Positions 38,599 to 46,730 of a stretch of 64,000 bases of DNA are shown piece after piece. The stretch's first letter is position 1, and each line of letters begins with the position of its first letter. Source of the DNA: Candidatus Bathyarchaeia archaeon (GTDB lineage: Archaea; Thermoproteota; Bathyarchaeia; 40CM-2-53-6); contig JBEKFP010000001.1 in NCBI GenBank assembly GCA_050013255.1, positions 640,001 to 704,000 of the forward strand. The letters are read 5' to 3'. The notes under the pieces are model-generated. The model searched no databases. It saw nothing but the letters and a program-made list of their open reading frames with translations, and was not told the origin of the DNA. The translations under genes were made by a program, and so were the position numbers.

Positions 38599-38718
38599 AC
38601 AAGCTCACTCTCAGCTTCCCCCTAATCATCTAATCGGCAGGGAGCTAGTTTTTGCTCGAAACTGTTCGAGGGCTTAGGAGTTGACGTGAAACTTAGGCTT
38701 GCCTTCCAAAACTAATAT

Positions 38719-39264
38719 ATGCCAAAGAAACCGGGCGGCACTAAGATCCTTTTGCCAGATGAGATAGTAGAAATTGACGGTCCGAATCATCTCTTCAAGG
38801 ACAATCTCCTAGACGGCCTCGTTGGGAGGTGGAATGTAACCGGAACAATCGCGGGCCAATCAATCACACATTTCTGCGAAGCTGACTGGGTCCTCAATCA
38901 TCAATTCTTGAGAGTCCACTTCATCGATGTGGAATCCAGAAGCCTTCAAGATCAACGAGACAACAAGGAGCATCAGCACGCTCCGTACGAAGCAATCGTC
39001 TTTGTTGGCTATGATAACATGAGTGAGCGTTACGTAGTTCACTGGCTCGATATCTTTGGCGGCCGCTTTTCCGAAACTTTGGGGTTTGGCGAAAGAGAAA
39101 ATAACGAATCGATCAAGTTTGCGTTCGAGTATCCATCTGGCCCTCTTCATAACACCTTTAGCAGGAATGCAGACAAAGACGCATGGTCAGTCGTCATCGA
39201 GCAGAAAGATGACAAGGGCAAATGGACAGTCTTTGCGAACGAGGTTCTTGAAAGGACTAAGTAG
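38719..39264 (+). CDS. DUF1579-like beta-barrel protein
   Basis: LVGRW.V.G...WVL.HQFL...GYD....RYV.HW.D.FG. Confidence 0.7.
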   Translation: MPKKPGGTKILLPDEIVEIDGPNHLFKDNLLDGLVGRWNVTGTIAGQSITHFCEADWVLNHQFLRVHFIDVESRSLQDQRDNKEHQHAPYEAIVFVGYDNMSERYVVHWLDIFGGRFSETLGFGERENNESIKFAFEYPSGPLHNTFSRNADKDAWSVVIEQKDDKGKWTVFANEVLERTK

Positions 39265-39282
39265 CAAACCGCGCAGCGGTGT

Positions 39283-39377
39283 AGTGGTGGTGGGTCTAAT
39301 GGTGCGCACACACACTTTTACTAACGACGGACGACGGTTCAAATTACGATGCCCGCACCATTAGAGGCAAACACGCG
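39283..39377. repeat. Two copies of the 13-8-13 palindromic site (39283-39316 reverse; 39344-39377 forward, degenerate)
   Basis: GTGGGT-CTAATGGT-GCGCACACAC and CGC-ACCATTAG-AGGCAAACAC. Confidence 0.75.
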
Positions 39378-39721
39378 AAACTGGCCGGTTGCGTATGAGG
39401 AACCAGCCAAAGACATGATTATCAGATGTAGCAATCGGCCGAAAGCAATCCATCCGACTTTTAACCAATAACACCCGAGCAATTATGAAGAGCAAATTGA
39501 GGGTCGTCGAAGTTCGGAAGGATAAGACGATAGACCTCCCCGACAATGCTGTCCCAGTAAAACTGGAACAAGTAACCGAACCCACGGGACTCGTAAATCC
39601 CGCACCGTCTTCAGAAAGATTCGTCCTCTACTATCTTGAGAAAGAACGCTAAAGCCATCTCTGCATCAAGATTCCTTCTGACCGAAGACATCATACAAAG
39701 CAATGCGAAGGAGGTGAAATC

Positions 39722-40273
39722 ATGGCTAGAGTAGCACGCGAAATGGTAGTGAAGGCTGGCGTAAACGTCGACCAACTCCTCGACCTACTGGTCAGAAACG
39801 CGGCCGCTGAACTAACAACATTCTACTACTACACAATCCTCCGATGCAACCTAATCGGCCTGGAAGGCGAAGGAATCAAGCAACTCGCTGAGACAGCTCG
39901 AATTGAGGATCGCAATCACTTCGAAGCCCTCGTCCCACGCATATACGAACTCGGCGGCAAACTCCCAGACGACATGAAAACATTCCATGACTTGACCGCA
40001 TGCCCACCCGCTAGACTGCCCAAAGATCCAACGGATATCAAAGCAATGTTGACGGTGCTGGTAAATGCGGAAAGATGCGCAGTAGCCGGATACTCACACG
40101 TTTGCAACATTACCGCAGGCAAAGACCATCGCACATACGACCTATCCCTAGCAATTCTGAACGAGGAAGTGGAGCATGAATCATGGTTCAGCGAATTCCT
40201 AGGAGAAGGCCCATCCGGACACTTCATGCGGCAAGGCGACACGTCACCATTCGTATCGAAATTCCTGAAGTAG
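39722..40273 (+). CDS. DPS-like (DPSL) ferritin-family protein
   Basis: AELTTFYYY, EDRNHFE, AERCA, EEVEHE; Cys pair; SD GGAGGTGA. Confidence 0.9.
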   Translation: MARVAREMVVKAGVNVDQLLDLLVRNAAAELTTFYYYTILRCNLIGLEGEGIKQLAETARIEDRNHFEALVPRIYELGGKLPDDMKTFHDLTACPPARLPKDPTDIKAMLTVLVNAERCAVAGYSHVCNITAGKDHRTYDLSLAILNEEVEHESWFSEFLGEGPSGHFMRQGDTSPFVSKFLK

Positions 40274-40334
40274 AAGTCGAATCAACATATTCGTCCAGCT
40301 AAACCTCTTCTTTTCTCGACGGTTTTTCTTGTTT

Positions 40335-40368
40335 TGTGTGTGTGCGCACAACTATACTCACACACATG
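40335..40368 (+). repeat. 13-8-13 palindromic site
   Basis: TGTGTGTGTGCGC-ACAACTAT-ACTCACACACATG. Confidence 0.75.
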
Positions 40369-40425
40369 CAATAGAGATGATTTTTTCCTAGATTGGGCTT
40401 TCCTGTAAATTGAGTAACCCGCCGG

Positions 40426-40449
40426 GTGTGATCTTAGTGGTGCGCACCC
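40426..40449 (-). repeat. 13-8-13 palindromic site (degenerate)
   Basis: Reverse complement GGGTGCGC-ACCACTAAG-ATCACAC. Confidence 0.6.
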
Positions 40450-40522
40450 AGAGCTGAGTCCTGGCCGGTTAACCGTACCAAGGTCTTTCTAAGAGGGTTC
40501 TCCTATTGCGTCCAAGAATCTG

Positions 40523-41110
40523 ATGACCCCTGAGAAATCAGCCTCAGTAATCTCGCTCGTCTTCAACCCGGCCGTAACAGCGGCGTTCACATTCCTGATT
40601 CTGTTGTACCCTATGCGAAGCATGCAAACATTTCTCTTGCTGATGGCAACCTGTATCACATTTGGAACCATGGTCCCGCTTGTGATGATGTATCAACTTA
40701 CAAAACGCGGCCTCATTTCGGATTTCAATGTTTCAGAGAGGCAAGAACGGACAAAACCGTTCGTTGGAGCAGCAGTCAGCTATCTCGCCGGCAGTGGCGC
40801 TTTATTGTTGTTGAAAGCCCCAACCATAATCATCACATTGATGCTCTGCTACGCTTGCAACACGGTCATAATGCTGCTCATAACGCTTCGATGGAAGATC
40901 AGTATTCATGCGTCAGGCATCGCAGGTCCTACGACCGCTCTAGTCTACAGTATAGGTACGTGGGCTGCAGTTTTCTTTATCCTGCTCATCCCTGTTGGGT
41001 GGGCAAGAGTGCAACTAAAGGTGCACACTCCATGGCAGATATTCGCGGGAGCATTAGTGACCGCAATCGCGACATGGCTACAGCTGAAAATCTACTTCTC
41101 AATTCTCTGA
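40523..41110 (+). CDS. PAP2-like membrane protein
   Basis: R.ER..P, KISIH, WARV.LK.HT.WQ. Confidence 0.75.
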   Translation: MTPEKSASVISLVFNPAVTAAFTFLILLYPMRSMQTFLLLMATCITFGTMVPLVMMYQLTKRGLISDFNVSERQERTKPFVGAAVSYLAGSGALLLLKAPTIIITLMLCYACNTVIMLLITLRWKISIHASGIAGPTTALVYSIGTWAAVFFILLIPVGWARVQLKVHTPWQIFAGALVTAIATWLQLKIYFSIL

Positions 41111-41136
41111 GTGGTTAACACTAAGAGGTATTCGCT

Positions 41137-41703
41137 TTGACCGAAAACACGCGCAAGGCCGTGCATCTCTTAGCTTTACTCGTCCCACCCGTCTCTGAAC
41201 TAACCTCGAAACCTTTAGTTCTGGCTGCGCTTTCCATAATCACAATTGCATATGTTCTTGGGGAAGTACTGCGCCTCAAAGGCCACCACTTGCCGATTAT
41301 CACGCCATTCACACTGAAGATGAGCCGGCCCGAAGAGAGAAGAAGCTTCATCATACGACCGGCATATCTCGCAATTGGTATCATTCTGGCGTTGGTCTTC
41401 TATCCCAGCACGATCGCTTATGCGTCAATATGCATCGGGGCGATCGGTGATTCTGCCGCTGCCATTGTGGGAGAGAGATTCGGTCACAGGCGAATTGTTA
41501 GGCGGAAGACGGTAGAGGGCTTTGCTGCAGGCTTGACCGCTGCTTTCCTTCTGGCTTCCTTTTTCGTCTCTCCTTTCATAGCTCTACTAGGTGCAGTCGG
41601 AGCTATGATTATGGAACTTCTCGATGTGCCAGATGACAACCTCACAATGCCAATCGTCGCGGGGGCATTGATGACTCTCGCGACTCTAACAGTCCGCTTA
41701 TAG
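41137..41703 (+). CDS. Dolichol/phytol kinase-family membrane kinase
   Basis: RKAVH, GDSAAAIVG..FG....KTVEG, DDNLT.P. Confidence 0.85.
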   Translation: MTENTRKAVHLLALLVPPVSELTSKPLVLAALSIITIAYVLGEVLRLKGHHLPIITPFTLKMSRPEERRSFIIRPAYLAIGIILALVFYPSTIAYASICIGAIGDSAAAIVGERFGHRRIVRRKTVEGFAAGLTAAFLLASFFVSPFIALLGAVGAMIMELLDVPDDNLTMPIVAGALMTLATLTVRL

Positions 41704-41739
41704 CGGGCCCATTTGTGCTGTGTTATGTCGTGATGGGAC

Positions 41740-41773
41740 ATGGTGTGTGCGCACCATTAGACCCACACAGATG
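41740..41773 (+). repeat. 13-8-13 palindromic site
   Basis: ATGGTGTGTGCGC-ACCATTAG-ACCCACACAGATG. Confidence 0.8.
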
Positions 41774-41795
41774 AAAACTGCACGATGCAAAAGTG

Positions 41796-42240
41796 GGTTC
41801 TGTTAAGAACTAGCGTGTTGGTTGACCGTTAAGCATCGGGGTGTTGAGGGTATCATGTCTCAAGTTCCGTTGTATAAGGCTCTGTCAAAAATCGAAGGGT
41901 TCGGAGCGTTTGCCTCACGGCGAATAGAGAAAGAATCTCAAATTGCGGTTTGGGATGGACCTTATGCCCACGAACTGCCGAATGATGCTTCTGCGAAATA
42001 CTACTTGTATGTTAGACCGCATGTATATCTCGTAGGCTTCGGTGGGGATTACCCCGAATCTTTCATCAATCATTCCTGCAATCCGAATAGCAAAATCGTT
42101 TGGAACGGTGATATAGCGATTCTTGTTGCAATACGTGATATTGAACAGAACGAAGAGGTTACATTCGATTATGGGTCTGCAAGTTCATTATCGCCCGAGG
42201 GTTAGCAAGGATACCGAACACCCATCAACTTAACAGACCC
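41796..42240. mobile_element. Non-autonomous IS6-like cassette 2 (445 bp) carrying a SET gene
   Basis: IRs GGTTCTGTTAAG / CTTAACAGACCC; exact 8-bp duplication CAAAAGTG at 41788-41795 and 42241-42248. Confidence 0.85.
41822..42205 (+). CDS. SET-domain protein-lysine methyltransferase (likely ATG 41855)
   Basis: SKIEGFGAFA, FINHSCNPN, EEVTFDYG; no post-SET cysteines. Confidence 0.85.
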   Translation: MTVKHRGVEGIMSQVPLYKALSKIEGFGAFASRRIEKESQIAVWDGPYAHELPNDASAKYYLYVRPHVYLVGFGGDYPESFINHSCNPNSKIVWNGDIAILVAIRDIEQNEEVTFDYGSASSLSPEG

Positions 42241-42261
42241 CAAAAGTGTTAGTCATATATA

Positions 42262-42585
42262 GTGTTGAGTTTGATTAGGGCGGGATGCATTATGCCTGTT
42301 GTTATGATAATGAATTGGAAAGGCCTCACCCGCGAACAGTATGAGGCCATGAGGAAACCCATCAACTGGGAAGGAAACGTACCCAAAGGGCTGCGATTCC
42401 ACGTAGCGGCGTTCGACGCGAACGGGGCACACGTCACCGATATCTGGGACACCGCCGATAACTTCAACGACTTCGTCAAGAGCAGGCTTATGCCAGGCGT
42501 GAAACAGCTCGGGTTTAAAGGCGAACCTCAGGTAGAAATCTACCCAACCCACGCCATCTTCACACCCGCCTACAACCCAAAGTAA
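42262..42585 (+). CDS. Small alpha/beta-barrel-like hypothetical protein (likely start MPVVM)
   Basis: G.T.EQYE...P.GL.FHVA......V.D.W pattern. Confidence 0.7.
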   Translation: MLSLIRAGCIMPVVMIMNWKGLTREQYEAMRKPINWEGNVPKGLRFHVAAFDANGAHVTDIWDTADNFNDFVKSRLMPGVKQLGFKGEPQVEIYPTHAIFTPAYNPK

Positions 42586-42791
42586 GAACCCGAAGCTTCA
42601 GTGGGCGCCCCTAGCGTCAAGCTAAGTGTTCCCTCCCGGCGTACGGCTTCTAGCATCGTGTGATCACAGATCTCGCGGCCTGCGCTCCGGAAGGTCGTCC
42701 GTTCAATGTCCAACGCGAATTACGTTAGAAACGTAGCGGCTCGTTAAGAGTATGTAGTTCTAGTGGTGTTCATAATTTGAACTGCCATTTT

Positions 42792-42825
42792 CATGTGTGT
42801 GCGCACCATTAGAGGCACACCACAC
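42792..42825 (+). repeat. 13-8-13 palindromic site
   Basis: CATGTGTGTGCGC-ACCATTAG-AGGCACACCACAC. Confidence 0.8.
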
Positions 42826-42884
42826 GAAAAGACAGAAATGCGATCCATCGTATGGAGTACTGGGACGTCACCGGTTACAGATGA

Positions 42885-43304
42885 ATGATAACAGTCTCAG
42901 AATCCCTTGGCATCAGGGCCACAGCTGACAAAGTATGGGCCATCGTAAGAGATTTTGAGCATGTGAACCGTTGGGTCATTGATCTGGCGTCATCGGTACC
43001 TGAAGGTGAAGGCGTTGGAATGCTAAGGCATCTCATTCAAAGGGACGGGGCTCGAGTTCTTGAGCGTCTCGACTTGCTGGACGAATCCACCAAGACAATT
43101 GAATATCATATCGTGCAGTCGGACCTACCGTTCACTACCTATCGCTCAAGCATCAAAGTCAGGAGCACGGGTCCGGATTCTTGCGAGGTACTCTGGACAA
43201 GTGCCTTCGAACCGAAAGGAATAGACATCGACCAGATTTTGCAAACCCTCAAGACAAATTACCTGAGATATCTTGAAAGCCTCAGAAAGCTAACTTTAGC
43301 TTAG
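42885..43304 (+). CDS. SRPBCC/polyketide cyclase-family protein
   Basis: A.ADKVW..V.DF....W...GVG..R...ERL. Confidence 0.85.
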   Translation: MITVSESLGIRATADKVWAIVRDFEHVNRWVIDLASSVPEGEGVGMLRHLIQRDGARVLERLDLLDESTKTIEYHIVQSDLPFTTYRSSIKVRSTGPDSCEVLWTSAFEPKGIDIDQILQTLKTNYLRYLESLRKLTLA

Positions 43305-43650
43305 ATAGAAGCGTGAGTTGCCTGATAGCCACAAAAATCGTTTGGAAGGAAAGAGGAACCATCTTAGTGTGGTTAGGCATTCTTCGACTTGTGTGAATTC
43401 GACAACCGAAGCGGCAATTGGAGCTATAGGGGAAAACAAAGTTGATGGCACTATCATCTAATACAGATGGAGCATAAGAAAGAGCTGCTCCGATTCCAAT
43501 TAATGGAAGCTCACAGCCATGGAACCAAGAGGACTTTGAAATCGAGGAGCTCATTCACGCGGGTAAGATCATTGTGATGGATGGAAAGAAGTGAAGGATC
43601 AGATCTACCGGCTGGAAAAGAATATCATGATTTAGTCGGCCGTCGCAACT

Positions 43651-43690
43651 TGAACCGTCGTCCGTCGTCGTTAGTAAAAGTGTATGTGGA
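43651..43690 (+). repeat. Inverted copy of 39307-39342 with a degenerate site
   Basis: TTGAACCGTCGTCCGTCGTCGTTAGTAAAAGTGTATGTG matches the reverse complement of 39307-39342 with a 3-bp indel. Confidence 0.75.
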
Positions 43691-43710
43691 CGCATGATTC
43701 TAGCGGCTCG

Positions 43711-44175
43711 TCACGCCTGACGCATTGTTTGTAATTGTGCCGCTCGTTGTCTGAGAGCTACACTCATCTTGTCAAATTCATCTTTTGTGTTCTTTATTGT
43801 CTTTGACAGAAATGGTAGGAAAAGGCCGCTGAATTTCTCGCTTTGTACAAAGAGCACTCTCTCGCCACCCTGATTGTCTGAAATGGGTTTTATTTCAAAG
43901 ACATGTTCGCCATCGAACAGTCCGGGAATCCACAATTGCCCCTTCCAACGAAGTTCATGGCCCGGTTCCGCTACAAGTAATCTCACCGTGAATGAGGCTC
44001 CCTTACCGCTTTCAGTTCCCATGTAAACCTTCAACTTCGACCCTAAGCGGCGATCTTTGACTGCCTCCCGTATTTCACCTGGGACAAAGCCTGGGGAGCC
44101 GATTAGAAGCTGCCACACCTTATCAGGCGAAGAACCAATCTCTATTTCAGATCGGATCTCTTTCATTTTTCTCAC
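43711..44175 (-). CDS. SRPBCC-family protein
   Basis: EIEI..SPDKVW, ELRWKG.L.IPGLFDGEH.F, Q.E.FSG. Confidence 0.85.
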   Translation of the reverse strand: MRKMKEIRSEIEIGSSPDKVWQLLIGSPGFVPGEIREAVKDRRLGSKLKVYMGTESGKGASFTVRLLVAEPGHELRWKGQLWIPGLFDGEHVFEIKPISDNQGGERVLFVQSEKFSGLFLPFLSKTIKNTKDEFDKMSVALRQRAAQLQTMRQA

Positions 44176-44223
44176 TCATCCCTTCCGAATACGAATGCTA
44201 CTCATGAGATCGCACTAAGTAAT

Positions 44224-44514
44224 TTAGAGGGAGGGATGAGTTGGTTCGCCAGGGTGTCGGCGCGGGCTAAGAGCCCGAGTGATGAAGGCAAGCTTCCACA
44301 CGCGGGTGGCAAAGGTGAAGCATTTCCGATGCATTGGAGCTTCCATGACATCGCCAATGCGCCAGCTTGACGAAGTGAAGCCCAATGCTCTAGCTGAATC
44401 CAACAGCTTCTGCTGGCCATGGGTAATCTTCAGCCTCAACGACTTCGACCGACCGCGAATAATCGCCCCACAACCTACACAATGAACCTTGACCTTCTTC
44501 GACATAGCTTTCAC
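44224..44514 (-). CDS. Hypothetical protein, possible Zn ligands (CxxC...HxxC)
   Basis: Starts 1 bp after the cysS-like stop codon. Confidence 0.55.
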   Translation of the reverse strand: MKAMSKKVKVHCVGCGAIIRGRSKSLRLKITHGQQKLLDSARALGFTSSSWRIGDVMEAPMHRKCFTFATRVWKLAFITRALSPRRHPGEPTHPSL

Positions 44515-44515
44515 T

Positions 44516-45745
44516 TCATTTTGCTGGTGAATACTGGGGTAGTATGCCGAATACGTTTGCCATTCTTTGAAAGGTAGCTTCCGCGGCCAGTTTTGCTTCC
44601 TGGTTCACTCGCAAACTTGACAAGTTCTTTGCGAGCGCCTTCAGGACGCTGAGGGCTTTGGGCGTGTCGAAGTCGTTGTCCATGTTGCGTTTGAACGCCG
44701 ATTCAGATTTTTCGAGTAGGACCTGGAGTTTTCTCTCCTGTTTCGGGTTGGTGGGTGGTGGGGCTGTCGTGAAAGCTTGAAGGTTTTTGTTTATGGCAGT
44801 CAGTTCGGCCGTGGCCTTCCTGAGTCTGGTTACGGAGAGGACCATGGGTTGCCTGTAATGGAATGAGGCAAAGTAAAACCTCAGTGTGGGGACACCGTAT
44901 TCTTTGGTGGCGTCGCGTATGCGTACCACGTTGCCTAATGATTTGCTCATCTTGCGCCCTTCCACACTCAACAAACCCGTATGAAACCAGTACCGCACGA
45001 AGGGGGCCTTGCCGGTCAAGGCTTCGGCTTGCGCTATCTCGGCTTCGTGGTGGGGGAAAATGAGTTCTGAGGCGCCGCCATGCATGTCGTAGGTTTCCCC
45101 GAAATGCGCCATCGAAACCGCCGTATCCTCAATGTGCCAGCCCGGCCTCCCATAACCCCACGGGGAGTCCCAACCTAGGCCCTTCTCGTATTTCCTCCAT
45201 AACGAGAAGTCTTCGGGGCTGCGCTTCGAGGAGCACAATTCAAGGCGCCTCAAACCGAGCTCTTCATGGCTCTGTCCGGAGAGTTCGCCGAACCTTGGAA
45301 ACTTGGTCACTTGGAAGTATACGCCGGTCTCAGTCTCGTACGCCACCCCCTTCTTGACCAATCCCGCCACTTGGGCGATCATTTGTGGAATGTAGTCGGA
45401 GGCTCTCTCGTACTGGTCCACGCTAGTTATGCCTAGGCTTTGCATGTCTTCTAGAAAAGCTGCTTGATATTGACGCGCCAAGTCGAGCGGGTCCCTTTTG
45501 AGTTCCTCCGCTCGCTGCACAACACGCTCCGCCACGTCCGTGACATTCATCAAATAACGCACCCGATACCCCGAATACTTCAGGTAACGGACGATTGTGT
45601 CAAAGGCCAAATACGTCCTAGCGTGGCCTAGGTGAAGGTAATCATAGACGGTTGGCCCACAGACAAAGAACTTCACATCCCTGTCCATGGAAGCTGTGAA
45701 AAGCTCCTTACGGCGGGACAATGAATTATACACTCTGAGCGGCAT
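44516..45745 (-). CDS. cysS: Cysteinyl-tRNA synthetase-like protein (short)
   Basis: CGPTVY, HLGH, GRPGWHIE, FPHHE, KMSKS; ends after the DALR-like helix bundle. Confidence 0.85.
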   Translation of the reverse strand: MPLRVYNSLSRRKELFTASMDRDVKFFVCGPTVYDYLHLGHARTYLAFDTIVRYLKYSGYRVRYLMNVTDVAERVVQRAEELKRDPLDLARQYQAAFLEDMQSLGITSVDQYERASDYIPQMIAQVAGLVKKGVAYETETGVYFQVTKFPRFGELSGQSHEELGLRRLELCSSKRSPEDFSLWRKYEKGLGWDSPWGYGRPGWHIEDTAVSMAHFGETYDMHGGASELIFPHHEAEIAQAEALTGKAPFVRYWFHTGLLSVEGRKMSKSLGNVVRIRDATKEYGVPTLRFYFASFHYRQPMVLSVTRLRKATAELTAINKNLQAFTTAPPPTNPKQERKLQVLLEKSESAFKRNMDNDFDTPKALSVLKALAKNLSSLRVNQEAKLAAEATFQRMANVFGILPQYSPAK

Positions 45746-45792
45746 CCCCCAATCTTAACCTCCCTTACCGGTGCACCTGTTTTGCCTAACTC

Positions 45793-45901
45793 GGAACTGT
45801 CAAGTTGTCGTCTGCTAATTACTTTCATGCGCCTATTCGCCTAATATGCGGCCGCAACCACAGAGAGAGGAGTCATCAGTCGATGAAGACTTGACAGAAC
45901 C
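45793..45901. mobile_element. Non-autonomous IS6-like mini-element 3 (109 bp)
   Basis: IRs GGAACTGTCAAGT / ACTTGACAGAACC; exact 8-bp duplication CCTAACTC at 45785-45792 and 45902-45909. Confidence 0.85.
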
Positions 45902-46157
45902 CCTAACTCCTACCTTAGCCACTTGCCGCCCTGCGCTGCCTAGAATCCAGCTAGAGCCCAGTAAATACCCCTCGGTCATAGGCCCGGCTAACCCATCGAA
46001 TAGCCGTCACCTGCCGTCCAGAGACCCGCATACTTCCCTAACAGGATGCTCAATTGTATGTTCTTAGGCGCTCAATTGCCATGCTCTGGAAACCCTACGG
46101 TTGAAAGAGGGCCATTTGACCCTCAAACATGAACGGTTCCTAGAACTGGCTTGATTG

Positions 46158-46394
46158 CTAGCTAGGCGCGCGGGGTTTCTTCGGTTGAACGATGTAGTAG
46201 TTTTCGTCCACATCAATTTCCAGATCGGGCACGAAAGACAGGACGAACTCGATTAGTTCATCCATGCTGCGCTTACGCCTCTCTTTCAACTGGAGAAAGC
46301 CTTGAAGGCTTACCAATCGCTCGTACATGTCGGAGCTAATCTTTATGCTGCGGCTCAAGCGCCTTTTCTTACCAGGTTCGAAGATTCTTGACAC
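46158..46394 (-). CDS. Small RHH-like DNA-binding protein
   Basis: RSIKISSDMYERL...SMDELIE. Confidence 0.65.
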   Translation of the reverse strand: MSRIFEPGKKRRLSRSIKISSDMYERLVSLQGFLQLKERRKRSMDELIEFVLSFVPDLEIDVDENYYIVQPKKPRAPS

Positions 46395-46529
46395 TAGTTC
46401 TCCCTAGTAGAAATGTGGAACATTCGGCATTTATGATTTTTCCTCCAAGCCCCGTTATATACAAGAAAGGGGGTAAGGGAGGTTTACTGGATTATTGTGG
46501 AGACTATGATTCGCGGAGGTGAATAGAAG

Positions 46530-46604
46530 TTGGCAAAGAAACGCAAGGTTAAGATGAAGCTAGAGGGCCGTGAGGCACGGGATACTACAGAATACGTAGC
46601 ATAA
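46530..46604 (+). CDS. 24-aa peptide MAKKRKVKMKLEGREARDTTEYVA
   Basis: GGAGGTGA SD at 46515-46522, TTG start 7 nt later, hairpins and T-tract downstream. Confidence 0.55.
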   Translation: MAKKRKVKMKLEGREARDTTEYVA

Positions 46605-46627
46605 ATCCGCTAAAGCGGGTTCTGCTA

Positions 46628-46670
46628 GCCGGTTCCACTGGAACTGGCCTGTTCTCCTTTTTGTATTTTC
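46628..46670 (+). terminator. Hairpin plus T-rich terminator
   Basis: GCCGGTTCC-ACT-GGAACTGGC followed by CTCCTTTTTGTATTTT. Confidence 0.55.
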
Positions 46671-46730
46671 TTAATCTATGGGCTATTCTTGTGTTAACTC
46701 AAACGACACGAGGCCGTGCTGTTTGGCTGA

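Noticed and set aside
39361-39585. 74-aa ORF next to the repeat sites
   Set aside because: No motif, start signal or protein-like composition.
41878-41890. Additional IS6-like end (GGCTCTGTCAAAA)
   Set aside because: Inside the SET coding sequence, with no partner IR or duplication.
43282-43640. 90-aa ORF and nearby fragments
   Set aside because: No recognisable motif; plus-strand frames are broken by stops; probably decayed DNA.
39283-43700. CRISPR array
   Set aside because: Repeats are in mixed orientation, degenerate and separated by whole genes rather than 30-40-bp spacers; no cas genes.
45793-45901. Hammerhead ribozyme (CTGATGA...GAAA on the minus strand)
   Set aside because: Stems II and III cannot be formed around the core nucleotides.
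46530-46604. PqqA precursor
   Set aside because: Similar length, but it has DxxxY rather than ExxxY and no pqq genes are present.
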